A DNA stretch of 64,000 nucleotides from Octopus vulgaris (lineage: Eukaryota): positions 27,838,001 through 27,902,000 of the forward strand of contig OX597831.1 in assembly GCA_951406725.2 (NCBI GenBank), in the 5' to 3' direction. The stretch's first letter is position 1. Each line of letters opens with the position of its first letter. The notes under the pieces are model-generated. The model did no database searches, was not told the origin of the DNA, and saw nothing but the letters and a program-made list of their open reading frames with translations. Shown piece after piece: positions 29,279 through 43,127 of the stretch. Made by a program: the position numbers and the translations under genes.

Positions 29279-29280
29279 TG

Positions 29281-29347
<67 letters not shown>

Positions 29348-29460
29348 TGTAAATAATAATAATGGTATATATGCTGTTAAATGAATAAATAATACAACAT
29401 TCTAATATCTGAAAGCTGATGAACCAACTAAATTGTTTCTCTATTTTCTTATTTGTATTA

Positions 29461-29497
<37 letters not shown>

Positions 29498-29594
29498 CGG
29501 GAAGCTTTATGAAAATAAACAAAAGACGAAGGCAGGTGGAAAACAAACGAACAATTGTATTAGTATGGCGCTCAGGAAATATAAATAAAACAAG

Positions 29595-29632
29595 TCTTTA
29601 ACGTTTCGAGCCTACGCTCTTCAACAGAAAGA
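29595..29632 (-). ncRNA. Ultra-short hammerhead variant in a pLTR-like repeat (~29495-29700)
   Basis: Reverse complement: tcttt-CTGTTGA-a-gagc(gtag)gctc-GAAA-cg-TT-aaaga. Confidence 0.55.
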
Positions 29633-29695
29633 TACACAGAGAGAGAAAAACACAGAAAGAAGGAGAGAAAAAAATGCGTGCAGTAGCTAACGAAT

Positions 29696-29739
<44 letters not shown>

Positions 29740-30177
29740 GCATGATGGGAAAAATTCTTAAAGATTCGTACTGTCTGTTTTTTTTTCTCTGTGGCTCACC
29801 TAGAATAAAAATTTGAAAAAGTAAAAAGTTAATTTGGTGTAGAGAGGGAGAAAATTTAAATATTGAGAACGTGTTTTGTAGGTGAAAATCCTAATCTCCT
29901 GTATCGTAAACATTGGAATCGGAAGAAATTTAAGAAAAAAAATAAGTGTTGGAGAGGGTGGGGTGGAAACGCCACCTCGGGCATGCTAGAAAGAAGAGGT
30001 AAAGGACAGGATTTCTAGGAAAACTTCCTTTTAATCTTATATCGAAGATCAGGTTCTTAAATACGCTCATCAGAAACACAAATTACACAATAGAAAAAGA
30101 TCATTTCAATTGGGTTTGAGCTGTAAATTTGCACGTGCACACTGCAAGAATTAACATAATTCGCACAGAAGTTTTAC

Positions 30178-30215
<38 letters not shown>

Positions 30216-30451
30216 AAAGGAAGTTATTTTATGGCGTTCCTTCATCTGAAGAAGCAAAGTTGTCAACTCGACATATATGGGATCATATGGTTGTTTGTTC
30301 ATTTCCGTAAAATTGTTTTAATTTCTGTATGCTTTGAAGAGAGCAGAAATTGAAAGAGAGGATAAAGTGGAAAGGCGACATTTGCTTTGAAGTGAGAGGA
30401 GAAAGTAAAAGAGGAGGGAAAGTGTAAGATGTATACGCTTATGAAATGGAC

Positions 30452-30488
<37 letters not shown>

Positions 30489-30548
30489 TGAGTGAAGGTG
30501 TGTTGTGATGTATGAAATTTTTTGCATGTATGTGCACGTGGCACTCAT

Positions 30549-30585
<37 letters not shown>

Positions 30586-31707
30586 TTATCTTTCATAATG
30601 TACATAAATAGGCGGAGGTAAAGAATACGCACACCGCTCGTTTTCGGCGTAATCCTAACCCTAAAGACCGTGAGTGCATATTCTTGACCTTCGCCCATAA
30701 ATACATATGCATACATCTTTTTGTGTGTGTGTGTGAGAGAGAGAAGCTGTATTCCCTCATAGCATATAGAAAACTGATGTCTTTCAATGCAATGTTTTTG
30801 GTTGTGGCTTATTTTAATACAATATTTATGTATACATTTTCTGAGTAGAATTCTACGCATATGTAAAACATCGAACGAAAATGATACATTAAAAGCAAAT
30901 CAAAATATTGTCCGAAAATGACCTTAAAATTGTGCGACCCAACCTAGTTGCCAAAGTTATTTTAGTTGTCAAAAAGAGTTGTTGAGTCAAAAACATAGTT
31001 TATATTGAAGAAAGTGAAAGTCAAAGAAAATGCAGAAGGCACAATTCAATTTTTAAAAGAAAAATAAATTATTCTCCAATTTTGAAACGAAAGCTGAACC
31101 AAGTGTATAAAAAGGAAGATACTGACTGAGTGACGCAGTAAAAAGGTTTTGCGACGTTGATACAGTGATGAAGAATACAAAAAATACAGTGATGAAGAAT
31201 GCTAAAAAAAAACACATTATATTGAAACTGGTTAGAAGGAGTAGAATAACATTTCTGTAATTATATTGAAAGAGCCGCTGAGGCTTTCTACTCCGCCAAG
31301 CTTCCGAATTTGTTATAATAACCAGAATAATATTTGCGAGTATTGTGAGTAGTGTTAGATCGGCCAAATCTTCATGTTGGTAGTACTTGAAAGTGAACGT
31401 TGTTGTTTGTTTGAAGTCCAGGCCGCAAGAAAACTTTCATCATCGGCGCGTTTCATTGTTGGTGGGGGAGAAGTTACATACATAAACTAAGACACACACC
31501 ACATACATTAACGCACACCTGAAGGCTATCTCTGTCCCTGTGTGTGTCTTTCTCAGTCTTTAGATGTGTGTATGTGTGTGCCAGTGGTCACAAAAATGTA
31601 TACTGAGAGACACATACACCGCCACACCCATATACTTGTCAGTCATCGGCCTAACGTATGTAACGAACATGCGAACATACTCATAGAGAAAATGTGACGT
31701 CATCGTC

Positions 31708-31748
<41 letters not shown>

Positions 31749-31886
31749 CCTGCTCGCTTAGCCAGCGGGGTGGCGTCATTTGAAGGCTAAAACAATGCGA
31801 AGCGCATTGTGACCAGCGATGTGTAGCAACATCTGATAGCCTGGTCGGTGACGGTGACGGTGACGGTGATATATATATATATATAC

Positions 31887-32290
31887 TTTTTACTCTTACT
31901 CTTTTACTTGTTTCAGTCATTTGACTGCGGCCATGCTGGAACACCACCTTTAATCGAGCAACTCGACCCCGGGACTTATTCTTTTGTAAGCCCAGTACTT
32001 ATTCTATCGGTCTCTTTTGCCGAACAACTAAGTAATGGGGACATAAACACACCAGCATCGGTTGTCAAGCAATGCTAGGGGGACAAACACAGACAGGCAA
32101 ACACACACACATGCATATATATATATATATATACATATATACGACGGGCTTCTTTCAGTTTCCGTCTACCAAATCTACTCACAAGGCTTTGGTCGGCCCG
32201 AGACTATAGTAGAAGACACTTGCCCAAGGTGCCACGCAGTGGGACTGAACCCGGAACCATGTGGTTGGTAAACAAGCTACTTACCACAAA
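31887..32290 (-). mobile_element. SINE family A
   Basis: Consensus match. Confidence 0.9.
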
Positions 32291-32708
32291 AAGCTTAAAA
32301 TGTGAATAAAAGAGATGTCAACGCACTGAAACGGTTACTGTACACTGGATGATGTCAACGTACCTATGTACACATCAGCATAAGGTCACGAATGTACGTT
32401 ACAGGTGAGATCGTGGTTTCGATTCCCAGACCGGGCGTTGCGTTGTGTTCTTGAGCAAAGCAATACATTTCACGTTGTTCTGCGATCATTTCGTTATGTG
32501 ACATGTGGCACATGGTGCACCTGTATAGGAAACGACGATTTGATGCAGGGGGTGAGGCTTATGTGAATGCAAACATTTTGATCTCTATAAACAGCTCATC
32601 TGTGTGGTTGTTCAGCAATAAAATTGCAGAACCCAAGATGATACACACATACACACACACATATATATGTATATATGTATATATGTATATATATATATAT
32701 ATATAGAT

Positions 32709-32769
<61 letters not shown>

Positions 32770-33208
32770 CATGTATGTTTCTATTTATGTATGTATGCGT
32801 GTAAATATCTTTGTCCACCTATACGTATGTACAGATTTGTATACACATACTCACATAACATGTAAGTATATTTGAGTATTCAAATACTGTTGACATGGAA
32901 ATAGTTGTATCTATGTCAACACCACTCCTAGTCCTTTGATAGAAAGTATCAACAATAAAAAAGAAAAGCGAAACGCAGAACTTCAGGACTTTTATAAATA
33001 TTTTGTCTGACAAAAGATTATTTAGAAGACTCACAAAATGTATTTATATGTGTGTATGTGTACTTGTGTGTGTGCGTGTATGTATACATACAAATATATA
33101 CGTATATAATGTTATATATATGTATGCAGGTAAGTATGTATATAGGCATATTTCTACCTTTTAACTGCTTCCAAACTTGTCGTATATCGCTATATATGTA
33201 AATATATA

Positions 33209-34062
33209 CAGGGTGCGGTGAATAAACTGTCGTCTAAATTATGCAAAAATGAAAATAACACTGACGTCTCATTTTAACAGATATATTTACCAAAATTACA
33301 TAAAAAATATCTTGAAATAATAAAGAGTAAATTTATTCAATAAAATCGCCATTGGCTTCAACCACGGCCTCCAGATGACTTTGGAATCTTCTAGACTGTC
33401 TCCTTGATTAAGTTAGTGAATGCAGCCATAATCCTTGCCCCCACTTCATCTTTGGTATTACAAGAAATTGTGTTAGTCTTTCACTCAACTGCGCCCCACA
33501 CTAAATAATCAAGGAGGATGCAGAGTTACGTGGCCAGATGTTAGGGGTGATGTGAACGCAGAAACTGTCTGACAGCCATGATAGGTTTCTCCTGCTTGTG
33601 TGGCATGGTGCAGAATCCTGTTGCAAGAAAATAGAGTCTTCCAGCAGACACCCTCTTGACGCAGGGCAGCACTTGATGTAGATCTCCGTTTTGAGTCTGA
33701 GGCTGTGTGGGAAGATGAATGGAGGCATAACGTTGCCATCACTAGTGATTACTCCAAACACCATGATGTTGACTGGATGCTTGATTTTTATCACTCTCGG
33801 TACATGTCCTCAGATTGCACTGCTCTCATATAGGCACACAAACACTCTGAAATCTTCATATTGGAGCCTCTGTCACGAATGCCAAGCAGTACAGCATGTC
33901 ATTTCCAAATTTCTGGCTGAGTGAATTGCACCATGCTGCTGCTTTCTTTTTTTATCACTGAGCTTACTATACACTCTGTATAGTCGACAAATTCAAAAAC
34001 AAACAATGCACATGCGTGAAGTTAAAAATATAAAATGGCGACACTTTACCCATCGCACCCTG
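33209..34062 (-). mobile_element. Internally deleted Tc1/mariner (maT/DD37D-like) element
   Basis: TIRs cagggtgcggtgaataaactgtcg / cgacactttacccatcgcaccctg with TA flanks; KHPVNIMVFGVITSDGNVMPPFIF...QQDSAPCHTS...IWPRNS. Confidence 0.85.
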
Positions 34063-34072
34063 TATGTATGTA

Positions 34073-34157
<85 letters not shown>

Positions 34158-34574
34158 ATACATACATACACACATACATACATGCATACATGCATACATA
34201 CATACATACATACATACATGCATATACATACATACATACATACATACATATACATACATACATACATACATACATACATACATACATACATACATACATA
34301 CAGGGTGCGATTACCTTGGGAACACAGAGTAGATGAAACGGGGACAACTGATGAAGGGAAAGCTCTTTATGTTGCATGTCTCGGTTCTCTGTTTATTTCG
34401 TTGTTCGAAAAAAAGTTCGTTTTCTATGCTTTTGTTTTTATGTTTTTGTTTCCCATTGTGTCCACGTTTTTTGATGCTCTGTACCTATAATATGCATGTA
34501 TATATACATATATATGTAAGTATGTACATATATGTATGTATATATGCATATATTTATATATTATATATTATATC

Positions 34575-34632
<58 letters not shown>

Positions 34633-35422
34633 AGAATAAGAAAAAGTTCTTGGTACAGTATAAAAATGAGTAGAGATAGCTTTTGAGGGGATCATTTTTA
34701 TTTTAATGATAATGTTTACTGTTAATCTAACTAGTTTTGAGCTTTTCAATAGCTGTTTTCAAACTGAAATTCTGTAGTTTAGAAGGTTATTTATATAGCA
34801 AAAGAATTCTTTCTTACAAGTGTACAAATAAAAAATAAAAATAGATAATAAAAGACAGAAAAAGAGTATAAAAAACTAATATAAAAATAATATAAAAAAT
34901 AATAAAAGAATACAAAAAGTAAATACAACAGCATGTGTGAAAAAAAAGAAAGAAGAAAATAAGAGGAAAAAGGAAAAAAGGAAAAGTGGAATGTAGGAAG
35001 ACAAAAAGTAGTTTAAAATGGTAGTGAGAAGAGATTATCAGGAATAAAGAAATGGATTATCTCTAGGAGTGGTCAAAAACGTTGTTGAGTTCTTGGCAAA
35101 AGAACCCCTTTGTGAATCTTTTGATTTCAGGTCATTATATTCATTTTTCACACTTGGTATGGTGTGCCCTAAATAAGGGCACACCATACCAACTGTGAAA
35201 AATAAATAAAACACACACATATAAAACACACACATACACACATATACACATACAACTACATACACATGCATATACATACATCCACACATCTACACACGCG
35301 TGTATACATACATCTACACACATACATATATACACACAAACACACACATTCACATACATACACGTCTCCATGCATGTACGTAAATATCCATACGTACACA
35401 CACATATATAAACACACACTCC

Positions 35423-35456
<34 letters not shown>

Positions 35457-35639
35457 CACATATATATACACACATACACATACATATACTCACTCATACA
35501 TATATATGTGTACACATGCATATGTGCTCATACATACATACCTGCACTCACATATATACATATATACACACAACTATATATATATTTCCACACATATATG
35601 TACATGCGTACGTAAGATAATACAAATAAGAGTGTATAC

Positions 35640-35880
35640 TCATATCAGGTGGATGTTTCATCAAAAAACAGGATTAGATCTCAAGGGTCCTAGATGAATT
35701 TAACTCCACAGCACGAAGTGTAAGAGAAGGCAGCGGTGTCAGATTCTCTCATGCATTGACTGTCAAGTTCTAAGAAAACTTTTTTTAGCATAGTAAAAAT
35801 GTGTATGTCGTAGAATCAAATGGTGGTTCCCCAGCATAGTCACAGTTCGTGAGCTGAAACTAGTTCAATTCGATTCAATT
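35640..35880 (+). pseudogene. Decayed LINE 3' end with stem-loop and (AATTC)-like tail
   Basis: Resembles the ORF2 end of the intact LINE; ccccagcatagtcacagttcgtgagctgaaactag. Confidence 0.7.
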
Positions 35881-35889
35881 CATATATAC

Positions 35890-36802
35890 TTTTCCTTCTT
35901 CAGGCAGTGTTTGGTTGGTGTCTTTCTGTGGATTGTTGAGATGGTAGTTCTGGTGGTTGTGGCATTATTTTTTGTTCAGTTTTGGCAGATTTTTTCGAAT
36001 AAAATATTCTTCCTTGGCCTTACGAAAATGTTCATTTTCTGTCCACAGTTTGAAGAAAGAAAATATTTTGAATTTTCTTTTTCCACGTTTTTCAAAATTT
36101 TCATTACAGGTTGTGTTTCTAACGTTGGGGTCATGAATCTGTTGTTTGTATACCCTTACTCCCTCTTGTCCGATGCTCGATTTCCCAATGTAGCATTCGT
36201 TGCATTCGGGGTATGCGGCACAGTAGATTAAATTCCTGGATTTGCAATTCACATTTGCATTTATTTTGAAAGTGTCATTGCTTTTGAAAGTAAATTGTAC
36301 TCCCTCTTCAATGTAGTTACATGTTCTTCAACGAGGGTCACCACATTTTTTAAACTCTCTTTGTTGATTCTGTGGTTGTAAATTTTATTTGGGTTAAGAG
36401 TTTTCTATGTTGAATGCTTGCCGTCTGCTATAAATTATGCTTGAGTTTGTTATTAATTGGTTCATTCTTGATGAATGTTGAAGGATTGGGAGGTATCGTT
36501 TTGCAGTGTTGATGATTTCTTGGTTTCAGGGTAATGACAAAGAGAATGCTTATGCGTTCATTTTTATTTTTGTGTGCTTGTTTTCGTATGAGGATTGTGG
36601 TTGGGATGTTCTTTGCTTTGGTGATTGCTGTGTCAATTAAAGTAGTGGGATATTTTTGTTCCTTTAGAAATATTTTTAATTCCTGTAATCTTGTGTCCCT
36701 TAATTTTGCATCTATTACTATCGTGCAAATTCTTTTTGCCATATTAAGGTGTATGTTTCTTTTGGTATGTGAGTGATTAAAATTATACAGGAAAATTATC
36801 AC
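35890..36802 (-). pseudogene. Penelope-like element ORF remnant: RT thumb, linker and GIY-YIG endonuclease
   Basis: HSHTKRNIHLNMAKRICTIV..LKEQKYP..IDTAITKAK; KCGDPRxRTCNYI; CKSRNLIYCAAYPECNECYIGKS...KEEYFIRKNLPKLN. Confidence 0.85.
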
Positions 36803-36809
36803 TTCTTCG

Positions 36810-36880
36810 ATAACAACTACCTACAAATAATAGGAACGGTGATGGGTACAAAAGTAGCCCCCACATATGCAAAACTCCTT
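36810..36880 (+). pseudogene. PLE reverse-transcriptase motif fragment, inverted relative to the adjacent ORF remnant
   Basis: NNYLQIIGTVMGTKVAPTYAKL matches the PLE RT motif YxQxxGxxMGxxxxPxYAxL. Confidence 0.75.
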
Positions 36881-36887
36881 ATATATG

Positions 36888-36920
<33 letters not shown>

Positions 36921-37705
36921 TTATATATGTGTGTATGTGTTTATAAATGTATATGCGTAAGTATGGATATTTATGTACATGTATACACATGGAGACATGT
37001 GTATGTGAATGTTTGTGTGTGTGGGTGTATGTGCGAATGTATGAGCATATATGTGTGTGCGTAGATGCATGTGTGTAAGAGTGTGTTTGTGTGTGTGTGT
37101 GTATGTGTGTGTGTGTGGATGTATGTATACACACGTGTGTAGATGTGTGGATGCATGTGTATGCATGTGTATGTATCTGACTAAATAAGGGCACACCTTA
37201 CCAACTGTGAAAAATGAAAATGACCTCAAATCAAAAGATTTACAAAGGTCATCCCTTGACAAGAACTCAACAAAATTTTTGACCACTCCTAAAAATATTC
37301 CATTTCTTTATTTCTACCATTGTTAACTACATTTTGTCTTCTTACCTTCCACCTTTTACTTTTTCTTTTTCCTTTTCTCTTTTTCTTCTTTTTTTCTTTT
37401 TCACATATGCTGTTGTATTTACTTTTTGTATTCTTTTATCATTTTTTTATATTACTTTTTACATTTGTTTTATATTCTTTATTTTTTTCTATCATGTTTT
37501 TCTATTTTTATCTTTCATTTGTATACTTGTACGAAAAATCTTTTGCTATATAAACAACCTTCTAAATTACAGAATTTCAGTTTGAAAACGGCCATCGAAA
37601 AGCTCAAAACTCGTTAGATCAACTGTAAACATTATCATTAAAATAAAAATTATCCCCCAAAAGCCATCTCTACTCATTTTTTCAAATATATATATATATA
37701 TATAA

Positions 37706-37745
<40 letters not shown>

Positions 37746-37870
37746 TTACATATTTACACACTTACACACATATTAATAATAAATTACATAAATATAGCCT
37801 TATGGCTAAGATCAAGATCTAATATCTACTCTCAACAGTTTAATATGTGTGTGTGTGTGTACATATTAAC

Positions 37871-37904
<34 letters not shown>

Positions 37905-38124
37905 ATTTGCATATGTATATGTATATATTTGTATATATATATATCTGCCTAGACAGAAAGTAAAAGGGGAAAGAAAGTAGGTGAGAGAGGGGGAAGGAAA
38001 GAGAAATGAAAACAGAAAGAGAAGCTGACGATGGTGAAGTGGAGCCAAAAATTAAGGTGAGAATGGTGCATAAGGATATGACTGGAATTATTCTGTGAGT
38101 AGGGGTGGATAAAAGAATAAAAGG

Positions 38125-39370
38125 CAAAATGCTCATTGAAACCCGTTGGTGACATGGTTCCAAATTCAATAATGCGATGTTATTTATTCCGTTTCTTTGA
38201 GTTGAGGGATTGATGGTATACAGATAAATCGGTAGTGCTCCATTGTGTTGATGGGGTGACGACAGGTTGGCCTGTGTTTCGGATGCGTTCGCGACGGCGT
38301 TAGGCAAGGCGAGTGCACAACGTTTGCAGATGATCCAGTATACGAGGTTGAAAGATGTACATCAGACGTTCTTGGTAACGTGGCATTGGGACTTAAGCCC
38401 AGTGATGGTTGTAGGACGGGCAGTTTGGGAGAGGAGGTAAGACGATTACATCGATCTCAATTCTCTACTGGTACTTATTTTATCGACACCGAAAGGATGA
38501 AAGCAAAGTTGACCTCGGCGGGATTTGAACTCAGAATGTAAGCATGAACTAAATGCTGCTGCGGCGTACAAACGTTTCTACCGGCTTGCCACATTTATAA
38601 AGTTGTTAATATTGAAACATGTATTGTGTAGCCGTCGAGCGCATTTAAAAGTGTCTGGTAGAATATGGTTGAGCATCAAGAAGTCACTAATTAGCAGGTT
38701 GCCGAGTTTTCTAACTTTCATGAAGGTGAGAAGAATGCGAGCGGTAATGACTGGAATAGTTGCGAGGTTAGAGAAAAGGATTTGGAAGTGTGGGATAGAG
38801 AACCGCTGAAGATGTCACAAGATGTGTGACGAAAGATCTTCATACAAAGGACATAAAATAAGAACAATAATAAATCTGAAGTGAAGAACGAATATATGGT
38901 GCGTGTGTTTATGTGACAAAGTATAAATGACCGTCCCAAAACAACAATATTTGGAAGACACGAATGAGTTTGTGTTTCAATAGGACTATGTAAGGTTGGA
39001 ATATACGAAATAATAGATTTTGATCTGTATTTTGATTCTTTGTGTGTACGAAAAGAGAGTAGGAACGCGGTGCCGCAGTCGATAGTTTGGGCCCAGCAGA
39101 GTGCAGGTAGCCCAAGCAATCGAAGGCACCCTCGATTCAGTAAGGAATGTTGCATTCTATCAAACTCAGAATTGAAATCTGAATCAATTCTAACGGATCA
39201 ACAAAGCTTAAGGAATGGTATGGGAGATTTTGTTCGTTTAGTGTTAGACAAGGAGTAGAGGAGATAGGAGTGAGAGTTCGTAGGGTTACAGTGGGCAGAG
39301 GCTGAGATCACTGATAGTGGTGGAGACGTTGAAAAAACTAACAGTAGTGTCGGGGACAGTAGAGGCAGAT
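38125..39370 (-). pseudogene. Second, older Penelope-like (Neptune-type) ORF remnant, interrupted by SINE-B (~38420-38592)
   Basis: NPTNSHSYLLYSL..TKSPIPFLKL..DSDF..RG..AL..A..ID; FMKVRKLGNLLIS; CTSFNLVYWIICKRC; C-terminal FGTMSPTGFNEHF. Confidence 0.7.
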
Positions 39371-39593
39371 GCCCTCTCTACCTAATTTTACTCAAGGTTA
39401 TTGAAAGTATTTGTCTAAGATGACGCACAGTGGGACACGACTCGAGTTTCCGAGTTAGCGAAACAAAAGTTTATACCCATTCAACTATAGTTCGCCCGCC
39501 ACATGTATTTGAGATCTTTATTCTAAGTGGTCCACCATAGTTTATTTTGAACTTGTCACCCCAGAATATAATAAGTGTCTGTATGTATATATG

Positions 39594-39658
<65 letters not shown>

Positions 39659-39816
39659 GTGTGTATGCATACATACATATATACATACACACACTTTATT
39701 ATCTCCCTTTCTTCCTAGCTCTCCTGTCTGACCACCTCTGTCCGGCATTCACCATGATTGATCGCTAGCCACTAAATCTTTTTAAAATTTTCTCTCTCTG
39801 TTTATTTCTGTGTTCC

Positions 39817-39850
39817 TTTCTGTTGAAGATCGTAGGCTCGAAACGTAAAA
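39817..39850 (+). ncRNA. Ultra-short hammerhead variant in a pLTR-like repeat (~39700-39935)
   Basis: ttt-CTGTTGA-a-gatc(gtag)gctc-GAAA-cg-TA-aaa; the repeat ends in (TA)n. Confidence 0.5.
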
Positions 39851-39932
39851 CACTTTCTCACTTCCCGAGCGTTAAACTAATACATCTGTTTGTTGTTTAC
39901 ATACCCGTCTTTTGTTTGTTTATTGTTTTTGT

Positions 39933-39982
<50 letters not shown>

Positions 39983-40254
39983 CGAATATATATGTGTATA
40001 TATATGTATGTATATACGTATCTATCTATCTATTTAACTATCTATCTATTGATATAAACGAGGCTTTTCTCCCTCCATATTTTGAAGAGGTTTCAGGCCA
40101 GCAGTGTTTGGGGTCCGAAGATACACCGTAAGGCTAAACCCCTTATGAGTGAGAAATGCAGGTTAACCCATAAACCGGCCTACCCCACTATAATATTTAC
40201 TGCTCTACATCTTAGAGTGTACTTCTCCGCCGGATTTATGTATTTCTAGAAACG

Positions 40255-40309
<55 letters not shown>

Positions 40310-40744
40310 AGCACACAGAAACATACGCTGTTACATTACGGTGAATATCAAGTAACTTAAAATTCATACACTGTTCATTAACAACGCTAAATATTGATAG
40401 AGCCTCCTGTACTTCTGACACCGCGGGTAGTCTTAAAAAGAAGGAAAACAACCCATTTTTTCTTCCTCTTTGAGAAAAAGACTCTCAAATCTTTCAGATG
40501 TGATCTCAGTATTACTAAAGAACGAAAAAAAACACAAAAAAACAACAATCAAAACATAAGAGGGGACTAGTATATGACCTAGACGAAATATGGTTTTAAT
40601 ATTTGTAAATGAGAAAAACAACTAAATTGACGGCGATAACATTTCATGAACTAAATATCAAAATATCATGGAATTGTATTACGATAAAATGGAAATCTGA
40701 TTTACTTCTACGTAGAAAGCAATTATTAGTTCAGGCAGAACGCG

Positions 40745-40779
<35 letters not shown>

Positions 40780-41217
40780 AGTATGAGAGTGAGGGAAAAG
40801 ATGGCGTTTACTAGTGGATTGCGAGATCAATTTCCACATATAAACGCACATTAATGTGTATTTGTGAAGACACGCGCAAAATTTCTTTCTTTCTCTTTTT
40901 TATTTATTCGCTTATTTATCTATCTATTTATTTATTTATTTATTTATTTACTTATTGAATGACATAAACGGGAAAACAATTTGAAAAATATGAATTATAC
41001 ACGTGACATTATTATGATTTTAAAATTCGATCAAGAACAATCCGGGGCAAAATGTAATTCTCACCAGCTATATAAACCAACAGCTCTTCGACCTGTAACT
41101 AGTTTGATAAGTTACCAACGCACGAAATTCTCGGACCTTGAGCCACTACGTTGCTCCCGCTAAATATTAATAAATTCATGTTTTAAGTTCTATTTTTTTC
41201 TCTTGGCATCATCATAC

Positions 41218-41278
<61 letters not shown>

Positions 41279-41287
41279 ATGTATTGT

Positions 41288-41506
41288 ATTGGTTTCAAAT
41301 TTTGGCATAAGGCCAGCAATTGCGGGAGATAAGTAAGTCGATTATGTCCAACCCCAGTGCTAAACTGGAAATTATTTTATCGATCCCTAAACGGTAAAAG
41401 GCAAACGCGACCTCGGCAGAATTTGAGCCCAGAACGTAAACACAAGCAAAATGCCGCTAAGCATTTTGCCTGGCGTGCTAACGATTCTGCCAGCTCGCCC
41501 GCCTTA
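41288..41506 (-). mobile_element. SINE family B
   Basis: Consensus match. Confidence 0.8.
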
Positions 41507-41584
41507 ACGTGTCATATATTGTATTAAAAATCAATAGCGTGAAAATCCTGCAGTTGCGCTTCTTTCATATAATATTTGTTTTTA

Positions 41585-42040
41585 TCTTTTATCTTTTACT
41601 TGCTTCGATCATTAGACTGCGGCCATGCTGGGGAACCGTCTTGAAGGATTTTAGTCGTACGGATTGGTCCCAGAACATACTTTTAAATCCTGGGTCTTAT
41701 TCTATCGGGCTCTGTTGACGAACCTAAAAGTTACGGGGATACAAACACATGAACACCGGTTGTCAACCAGTAGTGAAGGGACAAACACAAACACGAAAGC
41801 ACACACGCACACACACACGCACACACACACATACACACACATGCACACATACACACTCACACACTCACAAATACCCATATGCTGTGGGTTTCTTTCAGTT
41901 TCCGTCTACCAAATCCACTCACAAGGCTTTGGTCGGCCTGAGGCTATAGTAGAAGACACTTGTCCAAGGTGCCACTCAGTGAGACTGAACCCGAAAGCAT
42001 GTGGCTGGGAAGCAAACGTCTTATCACGCAGCTACTCCTA
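41585..42040 (-). mobile_element. SINE family A
   Basis: Consensus match. Confidence 0.8.
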
Positions 42041-42092
42041 CGCGCGCATGCATATATATATATTTATATATATTTTTTTATTTTATAGAAGG

Positions 42093-42143
42093 AGCTTCTA
42101 CAGGACTAGAACTGTTTCATTCAGATGAAATCTTCAGGAAGCT
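42093..42143 (-). ncRNA. Type I hammerhead ribozyme (mirror copy)
   Basis: Exact reverse complement of 43077-43127. Confidence 0.8.
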
Positions 42144-43076
42144 GGCTGTCAAAATAAGTTCTGGTATTTATGCATTTAGGCAGAATTAATGGAGTGGTGG
42201 TGGGGGACGTTTTTTGGGTAGGTTGGTATTTAGGAGATAAACAGGGCACTAGCTATTGTTCTTAGGGGATTGGTCATAAGGCCAGAGTGTTTTTGAAATG
42301 AGAAGAATCAGTGAGAAAATAAAAGAATAAAAAAATAATAAAATAAAATAAAAAATAATAAATAAAAAATAATACAAAAAAATAAATAAAAAATAAAAAT
42401 ATATAAAAAATATAGGCCCTCTCCTCAACAAGATCTCGGAACACTCCCCAAACTGTATGCACAAAATCTATGCAAACTACAAAAATACAGACCCACCCGG
42501 CCACCCGATTGACGACACCCCACCCACAAAACCTGTGTATGTATGTGTGTTTGTATGTATATTTATTTTATTGTTTTTTCTTGTATATTTATCTATTTAT
42601 TCCCTCCACCTAACAATAACAAACTGCCTACCCCTTCTTGACCACCAAAAAGCAATTGTCTTCTAATTTACCTAAAATCCCATCCCATATATCTGCTTCT
42701 ATTCATTTATTCTATCTATTCATTTATTTTTTTATTTTTTTAGTTTTTTAGTTTTTTATATTTTAATTTTTTTAATTTTTTAATATTTTTTTTATATATT
42801 CTTTTATATATTTTTATTTTTTTATAATTTTTTAATTATTATTTATTATTATTATTATTTTTTAATAATTTTTTTATTATTTTATTTTTTTATTCTTTTA
42901 TTTTCTCACTGATTCTTCTTATTTCAAAAACACTCTGGCCTTATGACCAATCCCCTAAGAACAATAGCTAGTGCCCTGTTTATCTCCTAAATACCAACCT
43001 ACCCAAAAAACGTCCCCCACCACCACTCCATTAAATCTGCCTAAATGCATAAATACCAGAACTTATTTTGACAGCC

Positions 43077-43127
43077 AGCTTCCTGAAGATTTCATCTGAA
43101 TGAAACAGTTCTAGTCCTGTAGAAGCT
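43077..43127 (+). ncRNA. Type I hammerhead ribozyme
   Basis: agcttc-CTGAAGA-t ttca(tc)tgaa t-GAAA-cag(ttctagtc)ctg-TA-gaagct; 6-bp stem I, GUA triplet, CUAG palindrome in loop III. Confidence 0.8.

Larger units (their letters stand above)
34660..37685. repeat. ~3-kb fold-back: diverged ~830-bp inverted arms (34660-35500 / 36880-37685) enclosing PLE and LINE fragments
   Basis: For example gctgttttcaaactgaaattctgtagtttagaagg versus ccttctaaattacagaatttcagtttgaaaacggc; both outer ends abut (TA)n. Confidence 0.85.

Noticed and set aside
31053-31367. Hydrophobic 104-aa minus-strand ORF
   Set aside because: Starts at TTG with no in-frame ATG nearby; hydrophobicity is explained by T-rich composition.
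34348-34380. CTGATGA hammerhead core
   Set aside because: No downstream GAAA-stem III-NUH-stem I arrangement.
40110-40169. gggt-CCGAAGA-stem-GAAA-tgcagg-TT-aaccc
   Set aside because: Good stem II but mismatched stem III and a non-canonical core and triplet; counted only as a decayed candidate.
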